The position numbers and the translations under genes are program-made. From Sphyrna mokarran (Eukaryota): a stretch of DNA of 64,000 bases. Positions 11,629 through 22,309 of this stretch are shown in pieces. The first letter of the stretch is position 1, and each line of letters starts with the position of its first letter. The stretch lies in assembly GCA_024679065.1 (NCBI GenBank), contig JAGIQG010000025.1, positions 10,292,001-10,356,000 on the forward strand, written 5' to 3'. Below the pieces are notes generated by a model. That model had not been told where the DNA came from, ran no database searches, and saw only the letters and a program-made list of their open reading frames with translations.

Positions 11629-14600
11629 ACTAAGTCAGTGGCAGTGTTTGGTCAGAGCTCTGCTTTGGAATGCCTGGCCCAGTGATGGAGAAGGAATCAG
11701 TCTTAGCACCTCGATGTCAGTAGCTATGGACAGATAATGAGAACTAGCCTTGGAGAGCAAAGGACTCTGCACTGTTGAGATTTCTCAATGCAGCTCAGTC
11801 TTCGTGCTGTTGTCAAGCTGGAGTGCAGTAAATCCCTTAAAGTACACATTGATTGGAATTTTCCCATCCTCCCCACCATGGAAATCGAGGTGGACAGGGG
11901 ATGGGTCATTGACCTCGGGTGAGATTTTCTGGTTTTGGAGCAAGCATGACTGGAAAATCCTTCCTTCTGAGTATCGAATCACCATCTTCACTGTGCATCC
12001 CAATCTTGCCTTGCCTGACTTACCATTTATCAACAACTCTGGAGATATACAAGGCTACTTCATCCATTGTGGTGATGACATGTAAGTAGGGAATTCCTTC
12101 TTCCATCTTTGCCTTCTTGCCGACCTCTTACAATTATAAAAAAGAGACCAGGCATTCCTGGCTTTTGTGGCCAAAGCTAGTGGCTCAGTTATCAAAGCCG
12201 CATGTATCAGTGCTGAGAGGTCCTCAGCAGCATTAAGGCTCTGAGCCTTGCTGAGGGGTCAGTAATTACCTTGGGAACACATTTCTGCTTGTTCAGGAAT
12301 AACCTGCACCACTATTGGGATGTCTGCTGGAAACTGAACACTCAGAAGTCTGTCTTAAAGTAGTAGCGTTGGTGGGTTTAAATTGGGCCTGCTCTCACTC
12401 AGTTGAGGTCTGTTCCTGCCCCCAGTGCTGATAATTAGATGTCCAACCTACCAACCAGCCAACTGATTAGTCCACCCCTTTAAAAATTGTCGCAGTCTTG
12501 CTCAGCGGGGCAAAGTCTTCTGCTCCTGGAAGGAGAATCCTGCCCTTGATTTCAATTGACCAGGTGTAGGAATAACTGATGCCCTGCTACATTGTAAAAT
12601 ATTTGCATGAATTGTATTTTGATTCATGTTTAAATGTTGTTTAAATATTAAAGAGCAGTTGGGACACTGCTCTATCTTTCAGAATTTTTTGGAAATGAAT
12701 TATAAATTTGAGGAACATCTTATCTGGATGATTTTGTGATTAGATTTTACTATACAAGAACACCATTGATATATTAAACATTATAATGAAATATTATATT
12801 GTTTATATTGAATATAAAACTGAATATTGAATTGTAATTTGATGTAGATTTTACAGAGATGGATAGGTTCAAGGCTGATGTGCCAGTTTGTTGGCACTGT
12901 CCCGCCTTGGGCCATTTTCCCAGAAACAGGATTGGGATGACTGGAGTTAGTGTTCAAAGCCCATTAGGGCCTTTCAGAGGCTGACTGGAATCAGTACAAT
13001 GTAAATATGTAACAAACAGATTTTGTTGAGAAAAGTTGTTTTATTTGTCAACCTATTTTAAATATTTTAGTCATTTTGTTCTTATTAATATAATCCTTCC
13101 AATCTATTTTGAAACAATTTTTGGCTGAAGTGAATTCCCAAAATGCTCATTATGTTCTTTTATTGTATGTGTTGCTTTGTTTCTTTCCCCATTAACACTG
13201 TTGCTAATGAAAAGACATTTAGTGTTTGCTGCAAGTGTTTGGCACAATTTATAATGGGGATTCCTCCTATATAGCGAAGCTATTAAAGTCTTTTTTAAAA
13301 AGATGGGCTAACCCCCCCATGCTGTGATTGATGTTGGTACCTTAAATAAAGTATTCTATCCTTTGACACAGAATCGTTCTCTAAATGGCTTCATCTTTAA
13401 CTGACCTATCACAGCCGCACAAAGTGTCCATTTTTTTTTTAATAAAGTGTGGTGGTCAGACATCTGCCAAGGTCATAGATCTGCACTGGCTTTCATTCAA
13501 TACCAAATCAACTCAAATTTTATATCAACTGCAGGCTTTGCTTCTTGCTTGACTTGTTCCTCTAAGACTACTCTGGCTCCAGCTGAGAGCATGTCAAAGG
13601 ATGAGATGAAATCAACTTGAGGGGAATTAAAGGCATGAATTTTTAGCCTTTAATAATGGCACAAGGGTACCGGTTTAAAGAAACAATTTGTCTTTAGGGT
13701 TTAAAATCTTTATATTCAGGAACTTCAGCTTGAGGTAGGCTTTTTATTTTTGTCGTATCAGTACAATTACAAGGCGGAAAAGTTCTGTGAACAAATAAAT
13801 TAATGTTGTTGATGATTAAAGTTTTTCTTTAAATAATCATTTAATATATTTTTTTAAAGAGAGAGTACCAGGAATTACATTTTTGTTTAATACTAATGGT
13901 GCTAATTGTTAGGGAGATAATACAATATAGTTTTTGAGTTGCACTAACCCCAAAATTACTGCAACTATTAATTCCCCTCCTACATTTAAAGAAACATGCT
14001 TCTGCTTTAATAGCAAAACAACCAAAACTTAGCCCAGTTTGATCAACATGTGGACTGTCCTGATTAGACCACTGTCTGTTCCTGTTGACAAAATTGAGGC
14101 TGAACTCAAAACACCAGAGAGCACAGTTCGGATATTTTTAATTTTGCTCTCTGTTTTCAGTGCTAAAATACCTTAAAATGGGGATCTACGAATAGGTAGA
14201 ATTTTATTTGAAAAAGCAAGTTTGATTTTTTTTATCCCAATTTCACTTATGATGGAAAGGGTTATTGTTTTGCAACCATTGTGGGTCTTGCAATGACTTT
14301 TGTATTTCCTTAAACATCTGAAAATAAACATTTTTTACTAGGTCTCAAGTATCAACAATTGATTCAACAATTAAATGAAACAAAATGTGCTCCCTTGCCA
14401 CCACCCAATTTTGGTGGTTGTTTGTAAAGTGCACAATCGTTTCCTCCAGCTTCCCAGACCAGACTGAATCAGTAAAAGGCAGGGCTTTTGATCAGATTTT
14501 GACAGTGCTATTTTAAAGCTCACTGCTAAAGAGGTGTAGAGCAATCTCTGGTGGGTGTTTTCACTTGCTCAATTTTTTCTCTCTCTCATTCTCTCACCTC

Positions 14601-14959
14601 TACTTTCTCACCTCTACTTTCTCTTTCATCTACCCTTCTGTCTCATATTTCTAAATTTTTTCACAATCTGGCTTTTGCCTTTTCTTCAGTGGGAAAACTT
14701 GCAGATTGTGTTTACGCTTTCTCTACAACTGGAAAGTTTTCATCTCTGTATCTGCAGATGTGAATCTGCATCTCATCATTCTAAGGCACCACATGTAAGA
14801 GCAACATTAGTAAAACCTACATTGCATGGAGAATTAGACTGAAAACAGTAGGGAAATAAATATCTTACAAAAAAAATTTCATTTTGTTCAATTGCTTTTG
14901 TTTGATTTTGAACACAACAGCACCATAACTGATATGAAAGACTACTGAATGGCGTGTAT

Positions 14960-15162
14960 ACTGGATACTTCTTTTAGATAAAAGGTTGCGGAAGCAGAGT
15001 TTTTAGGGCAAAGATCGATAAATCCTTGGAAAACAAGGGGTGGTAGTTATCGGAGTAGGCGGAGTGCACATTTGAGATTACTATCAAATCAATTATGGCC
15101 CAATTAAATGGCGGACTGGACCGGATGGGTTGAATGGCCTACTCCTGTTCCTTGTTCATGTT
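14960..15162 (+). mobile_element. CR1 LINE 3' tail
   Basis: gatcgataaatccttgg...gggttgaatggcctactcctgttccttgttc is a typical CR1/HER1 terminus. Confidence 0.7.
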
Positions 15163-15871
15163 TATAAACTTGCATTGTTGCAAAGGTTCCGCTAAGGTTT
15201 CACATAGTTCACTGCTCAGTTCAGGACTCAGAGATGGATTGACAAATCTGAAATCAGCTAACTTAGCACATGAAATTGGGAATGCAGCAAGTTCCAATCT
15301 TGAAATCCATTTTAAGCACTGCATGTTAATTGATTAGACCTATCTCAAATTTTCATGCAATAATTACTTGAAAGTTAATAAAATTCATCCATTAAGTTGC
15401 AAAGCAAGGAAATTAGAAAAAATTAAAGTTTTTGTTTCACAAACTGAGTTGTGTTTTGGGCATCTACCTCCTCAATTCATTTATGAAGGACAAAATATAT
15501 TACTTCAAATGGAAGGCGTGGGGTACAGATCGTGGGTGGTAGATTATTTTAAGTAAAGAATTCAATATAATTTTCATTTGAAATCAACCCAGTGACAATA
15601 TGGATCCTGATTGAGAAATTGACTTTTTTTTGTATATTTTAAGCAGATGCATATTATTCAATCAACCAAACAGGTTCAAATTGTCTTTCATAAGTAAAGA
15701 AAGTGGAAAAAGAAACAGGGAGAGAAACAATTGCTCTTGTCCCCTCAGGATTGTTCAGTCTGCACAGAATGTCACACTGCAGTACAGTACTTCCAGAGGC
15801 CAGACAGTAAGTAAAAAAAAGCTTTGCCATCAGAAATTGAACTGTTTTCACTTTTTTCAATAACCCAACAG

Positions 15872-15962
15872 AATCATGCACCAGATGGTATGTTCATGAT
15901 GACAGTTGACCCAGTGAAGTCTCCAAACACTCCTGACGAATTGGAGATTGAGTTCAAAAATG
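15872..15962 (+). CDS. ASS1: Argininosuccinate synthase coding exon (91 nt), [30 protein letters not shown](G)
   Basis: ccaacag|AAT acceptor and ATG|gtaagc donor. Matches human [31 protein letters not shown] in length and phase. Confidence 0.96.
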
Positions 15963-16229
15963 GTAAGCTTTTTTTTTCATTTTGGGATAGAGATGGATAA
16001 TAGAGGAAGAGATGATTGTAACTAAAAAGCAGTTGGACCATAATAAACTTCTGAATTGCGAAATCCAAAATAGCTTTGTGTCTTTTTCACTGAAAAATCA
16101 ACTAACATAATGGTTTGGAAATTTGCCTGCTGGGAGTGCCAATTAGAACTTCAAGCATGCATTACCTATGATTTTCTGTCCATTAAAATTAATAACAACA
16201 ACTGCAATTTGCATTTATATAGCATATAT

Positions 16230-17130
16230 TGTGGTGCCCAGAATTGAACACAGTACTCCAGCTGGAGTCTGGCAATGATTTATAAAGGTTCAAAATAACT
16301 TCCTTGCTTTTGTACTTTGTCTCTATTTATAATGATGATATAATGATCCCATGTGCTTTTTAACCAATCTTATCAACTTGTACTGCCACCTTCAATGTGT
16401 GAAGTTCCTGTTCTCTGTTTTTCCATCCTTTTAAGATTTATCATTTAACTTATACAACCTCTTTTCAACCAGAACAGTGGCACAGTGATTACCACTGTTG
16501 CCTCGCAGCACTGAGGATCTGGTTCAATTCCTGGATTGGGTCACAGCCTGTGTGGAATCTGCATGTGTCTGCATGGGTTTTCTCTGGGTGCTCCGGTTTC
16601 CTCCCACAGTCAAAAAGACTTGCTGGTTAGGTGCATTGGCCGTGCTAAATTCTCCCTTAGTGTACCCGAACAGGCGCCAGAGTGTGGTGAGTACGGGATT
16701 TTCACAGTAACTCCATTGCCGTGTAAATGTAAACCTACTTTTGACACTAATAAATAAACTTCAAACTAAGTTCATCTTCCTTTCTTCCTTCCAAAGTATT
16801 TCAATTCACACATTTCTATGTATTTAATATTGTCTGCTATATCTGTTCATTTCACTAGTCCCATGTCCTGAAATTAACGTGCTCATTGTTTACTATATTT
16901 CAAGTTTTATGTTATCTGCAGACCCTATTATAACTTAGTGCAAGTCATTTATTATATGTATTTAAAAGGACAGGGGCCCTATGGAACATCATTCGATACT
17001 TCCCTGAAGTCTGAAAAACTACTGTTTTTCTGTCTCTTGGCCACTTTCATATCCATACTGGCAGTTTTGCTGAATAATCCTTTCTGTGCTTTTTAATCAA
17101 ATGCTTCTTAAAATCCATTTATACCATTTG
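16230..17130 (-). mobile_element. Old CR1 LINE RT-region fragment split by a SINE
   Basis: gtggtgcccagaattgaacacagtactccagctg reads LEYCVQFWAP on the minus strand. Degraded CR1 continues after the SINE. Confidence 0.7.
16473..16768 (+). mobile_element. HE1-like V-SINE, type II tail (...TTTTCACAGTAAC...TGACACTAATAAATAAAC)
   Basis: tRNA A-box gtggcacagtgatta, B-box ggttcaattcc, V-domain gggttttctctgggtgctccggtttcctcccacagtc. Confidence 0.9.
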
Positions 17131-18886
17131 CAAAATTTTCCCCATGGGCTTTGGAACCCCACTGTCAGGGTCAAATGGGGATCAAAAGCCTACACTGTGC
17201 AGGGAACAGTAAACTGGCTGTGATTTTCCCCAGATTGGTCAATCAATGGCTGGAGGGCAGGCTTGCTACTTAATTAGGACAGTGAGTGGACCCTTGAAGC
17301 TACGGAGCCAATAGGAAATCCTCCAACACTGAAGAAACAGCAGGCTGTCTTTCGGGTGGCTTCACAGTAAAAAAATGCCCTGAGCAGCATCCTGATTGCT
17401 TTGGATGACCTTCCCTTCCTCCTCAGAAGAATGTATCTATACCTGAACTATCACCTTGAGGCAAGTTTGAAGATTCAGGCTCCAACACTTGAGTTGCTCA
17501 TTGTTGCTCTGTATCCTGGCCCTTGCACTTTGTCATTGTTTCAATATTTTCAACAGGCTTGAGGACCCCCAGCTCTAATGCTTGTAATTGCTCTGGACCT
17601 TAAGCCTGATGCGGTTACATGGGTTCAAATACCCTAGTCCGAATGCTTTTGCATGGCTGGGGAACCCAGGCCCATATGCTCTCACACAGGCTTTCTTGGG
17701 TTACAGCACATGATGAAGGTGGCATTGACACAATGCATCTGGTATAAGTGATTGTATTGTCATTAAAGTACATATTTATGACTTAAAATCTATAATAATT
17801 CATTTTTAAATTTATATTTTTAGAGTAGTCAAGTAAACATTCTGCTGCTGATGTGAAACAGACAGAGAAATACATCTTGAAAATGCTGTATTATTAAGCC
17901 TTTCCTTTTAACACTGCTTTTTATTGTGTTTTTATTTCAGAAAAGCAACACACTGCTTTTCTACAGCACTATTATGTTAACGTCTTTTGTGTCTGGGAAT
18001 AGATTCCCCAAAATCTAATACATTTTAATGGCTGTAGTGGACTAAGCCCCCCTGCTATAACTATTCATCTTAGAGTTAATTTATTTGAAGTTTTAATCTA
18101 ATTATTAACTATTTTCAGACTTAAGTAGCTTTTTGGACAACAGGATGACTATGTTGGTGCTCACGAGGCTGAGTGGAGGACAATACAACAGGCGCAAAAA
18201 TTTGTCGGGGTTTAGTAATCATTAATGTGGAGCTTACATTTTATAGAGAAAAGGCTAAAAAGGCTATTTTACTCTGATTGGCAACTGATTGCTGTGCTAT
18301 ATGCTAATAAGGTAGACAGATGGATGTGAAGGAGATTAGAGACTGGCTTTCTGCTTCTCCTCCTTCTACACCCCCAACTGCTTCCTGTTTCATTTATTGC
18401 TCATTTCGTGCAGCTAATAAGAAGGCCAATGACATCTCCTTTTTTGCCTGTTTTGAGCAATGATTAATTCATGGGGTTATTCCCCTTGATGGACTACTAC
18501 AGACATTCACCTTTGTAGGGCAGGATAATGTGGAGCATGTGTGCATGCCGACCGTGCAATGTGCGCTCCCCTCCATTTATCAGCCTGAAAAAGCCCATTC
18601 TATTCGCTCATTTGTCCAGCCTGCATGAGGTACTGGTGGGACAGAAGGTGCTGTGGCATATACAATGCTGAAGTGTGAAATTTAATTAGTAAAGGGCTTG
18701 GCCATGATTTCACGGCCCAAAAGAAAGGAGTTTTTATGTCTCTTGAGCTTCCTCAGCCAAGGCCCACTGTGCTCTTAGTTACTGGGGTGTATTCATAGTT
18801 CATATATGTCAGCCCCATTTAATGCACCAGCCATGAAGTTAGAGATCTTTTGCCTTGAAATGCTTTCCTTTTTTGCTCTGCTGCAG

Positions 18887-18971
18887 GTGTCCCTGTCAAG
18901 GTCACCAACCTGGGTGACAAGACCACTCATAGCTCGGCCCTTGAACTGTTCATGTACCTCAATGAAATTGG
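18887..18971 (+). CDS. ASS1: Argininosuccinate synthase coding exon (85 nt), (G)[27 protein letters not shown](G)
   Basis: ctgcag|GT acceptor after a pyrimidine tract and TGG|gtaaga donor. Matches human GVPVKVTN...[11 protein letters not shown]. Confidence 0.97.
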
Positions 18972-20379
18972 GTAAGACTATTACAAACTTTATTTCCCTC
19001 AACAATTTTCTCAGCTCATCAAAGGGGTCCTTGTTTGTTGATAGGAACAGAAGAATTGATTCCCTTTGTTTAAATTATATGTAAAATTTTGTTGTTACTC
19101 TAACAATCCTTGCACTATGATAAGTCCTGTCAAATAAAGATAATGGATAAAATAAGTGGAGAATAAGATATAAAAACTAAGATTGGAAATGCAGTTATAA
19201 AGTTTCCATCTCAATTATTTCTTAAATAATGCATTTAAAATCAATAAGGTATATCAATAATTTATGTAGTAAATACGATATTCCAGACAATGGCTCTTGT
19301 AATTCACGTGAAAAAATGTGAGGGCAGAAAGTGTAATCTTAACAGTCTGCAGATACATTCATTGGAAAAGAGGCTGATTGAGAGATCACGCATCAGGAAG
19401 TGGGTCCATTGAGAGTTCTATCTTGCTTCTGAACAAGCTTCCCTGCTGCCCTCCACCTTCCCACAACTTAGCCCTTGAAACTTCCTTGCTCTGCAATGCT
19501 CCCCCCCCCCCCATATCAGTTAGATGCGTATACCCTGGATCCTCAGCCATCCTGGGACTTAGGGTGAGGTGAGATAGATATTCTTGCAGTGGCACAATTC
19601 ACATCCACAAGCACAGGATGCAATACAGGCAATGGCCTCTAATGGAATGGCTTATCTGGAGAACCACTGGTCTCAGCTAGGCTAGCCATTCTCTGAAGTG
19701 AGGTTTCCAGTCCCTGAGGAGCAGGAATCCCATCTCTAGCCCATTAATATTCTCCCAGCTTCTAGGATCTTCCAGCCTTCTGTGATGATGCTGAGTTCAA
19801 GAGTTTCCACTCTAGGCAGGACCTCTGCTCTAGGAGTCTCGATTCCAGGGTAAGGCTCATTGGTGGCTTCACCACTGCCTGATTGGCTTGGTGGGCATAT
19901 CCAAAAAGAAGCACTGTGGGTGTTTGGCTGGTTCTCCAGATAGTTGGCGAGACCTCCAAAGCCCTAACAAGATTCCACTCAATGAAGTTTCTAACTTCAT
20001 TGCAGCATTATTCTCAAAAATAAGAATCTAGCCAAAGAAATTCTTCTTATGTATTGGTATTACAGTTGAGTAGCATTTCTGCTTTTCAAATTTTGCTAAT
20101 TATATTTAGTTTTAAGGTCAGTATTCATAATAACTGTGTGATGGACAAAACATTTTCATTGAGAAAGAAAATGCCTCGGCATCATTGACACTCAAATCTA
20201 GGCCCTGAAAATCTATTTCATTTGTTAATAACCTGCCATGACTGCACTTGAAAGCCACATTGCTGAAAAATGTAATTGTAAAATCGCAGGGACTTAGTTG
20301 TGTAAGATCTTATTTTCTAGAAGACACCTTTCCTTTATAATGCAACCACTAGATTGTTACTAGCACATGTGCAAATGTA

Positions 20380-21444
20380 GGGGATGATTTTCTGGCCTCT
20401 CCGTACCTGATGCAGATTGCACTAATCCAGGAAGTTCCATCCTGGCTTGAAAACAGGTCTTGCACCCGGTGCCAAAGAATTTGCAATTGTTCTGATCCGT
20501 TACTCCTGGCACAAACCTGATCTCGCCAGAGATAATACAAGATCGATTAGCATATTTACTGGCGAAAATCAATATTGGTCTCCACCAGCAGAGACCAGGT
20601 GTGGTGCCAAGTATGGAAACTCATAGGCCATCGAAACTCTGAGTGATTGGGGACATGGGTTGGCAGTACTCACCTGGCAAACTACTGATGCCAACCAGCA
20701 CACTGGCAGTGCCAGTTGAACACTGCTAGGACAGTGCCAAGGGGATTGGGGTTGAGTGGGGATGGGGCCTGCATGGGGGGATAATGGGGGGTGGGGTTCC
20801 ATAGGAGATAGGGCAGAGGTTATGTCACCCATGCGTCATGAAGGGAGACCCACTGGGCATCCCCTGATACCAGTGATTGATGTCGGGAAGAGAACGGGAA
20901 ACATGCTGCAGAAAGGAGAGTTCTCGATGTCCATTGAGAAGACTTGATATCTGGTCGAGGGGGTACAGGCTCTTGCACTGAGAGATTGGGGATACCCTTT
21001 CAAAATTCCCTCTCCCCCATGAACATGGAAACCCTCTTTCCATAGAACTCCCTGGAGTTCTGGTAGTGCTATGGTACTGTCCAAGCATGACCTGCTCCCC
21101 CACCCTGGGGAGCATTCATCTGTGTACCATTAGTGTGTTCTGCTCACCAGATGCATATCTTGGGGAATCTGTTGTGTTTCATGTTGGGGTACCTTAATGC
21201 TGACATGAATGGACTATCCAGTGGGGGAAGTGGGAAAGAACCATCATTGTAAAGGTTTAATATCTAAATCTGTTCAAATGGGAATCCAGAATTTCAAAAT
21301 CAGGATTCCCACTATATTATTGGTGGCGAGCGGAGACAAATCCAGAAAATCTCACCGATATAAAACCCATTTTAGAATACCTAATGTGATTTTTTGCCCC
21401 TGCTGCTGTTCCCAACTCTAAAAACAGGACCAGATATTCCGGCC
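20380..21444. mobile_element. ~1.06-kb non-autonomous DNA transposon, probably Harbinger-derived
   Basis: GC-rich island with degenerate terminal inverted repeats gggatgattttctggcc / ggaccagatattccggcc. No coherent ORF. Confidence 0.55.
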
Positions 21445-21460
21445 TCTGCCCTCATTCACC

Positions 21461-21655
21461 AGGATTCTCTGGCCTCCCCTGTACACTTTTCTTAGACATG
21501 CGAGGCAGTTGGCTGGCAGTAGGGCCTTTTGGTCCCACTGCTATCAGTGGGATTTCCCATTTATTCTGTCCATGCCACAGAGAATATGTGGCGAGAGTGT
21601 GCTGTCATTGTGACCAGAAGATCCCACTAGCGTGACGGACTGGACGATTGCACCC
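21461..21655. mobile_element. Palindromic MITE (same family as 8525-8705)
   Basis: Shares tttggtcccactg, gtgggatttcccat and gaccagaagatcccac motifs. Confidence 0.6.
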
Positions 21656-21699
21656 CTTGTTTGTATTCCTTTGATTGTAGAATGTTGTGGAGTGATTAA

Positions 21700-22055
21700 A
21701 TCCAGGTTTTTAAAATTGCAGTGATTTGATAGAATAAATTTTTGATGAAAAAAATTGACAGCAAAGTGTCATAATCCAAAAAGTAGGAGTGAGGATATTT
21801 AGGAGTGAAATCAGAAATCGTATTTCTTTTCTTAATCTTATTAAAACAAAGAGTAATAAAATTTTCAAACTCTTTCCTCCCAAAAGGATGCTAAGTCAAT
21901 TGCAAAAAGACTGAGACTATAGATTTTTGTTAGGCCAGGGTATCAGGCGATGTAATACAAAAGTGGGCAAAGGAATTGAGAAGAAGGTTCTATGTCATCT
22001 AACTGATGGTCGAAATGGCTCAAGGAGTTGAATAGCTTAGTGCTGTTCCTAATGC
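21700..22055 (+). mobile_element. CR1 LINE 3' fragment
   Basis: atttaggagtgaaatcagaaa...atagatttttgttaggccagggtatc...gttgaatagcttagtgctgttccta. Confidence 0.65.
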
Positions 22056-22134
22056 GCTACAGTTGACTTAGGAAACTGATTAGGAAAGGCTGAAAATCTT
22101 CTGCCCCTAGTTATAGTCTTCCTGAAAAGGCCAT

Positions 22135-22309
22135 GGGCTGAATTTTGGGCCAGTTTCCACCTCACACATCATTGTGATTTTTGAATGAAAAGCCAGTTAA
22201 TGTCATTGCACCTTAGACTGAAGGTAACAGGATGCTAGTAAACTGGAAGGCTGCTCTCCCAAAGCAACCTTTCTGCCCACCTGCCATCAGGCTCTGAAAA
22301 TCAAACCCA
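22135..22309. mobile_element. MITE with GGGCTGAATTT / AAAATCAAACCC termini, inside an ancient SINE
   Basis: Terminal inverted repeats are visible. Flanks (22080-22134, 22310-22400) resemble the SINE at 39560. Confidence 0.5.

Larger units (their letters stand above)
9900..12545. mobile_element. Decayed Harbinger DNA transposon (transposase on +, probable second-ORF remnants on -), interrupted by a SINE
   Basis: Transposase relic followed by GC-richer coding-like sequence on the minus strand (10900-11260, 11700-12150). Ends in ggagaatcctgccc, a terminus shared with MITEs in this window. Confidence 0.5.

Noticed and set aside
18806-19084. 92-aa ORF overlapping an ASS1 exon
   Set aside because: Reads a different frame from the ASS1 exon and extends through both splice sites. 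A chance ORF.
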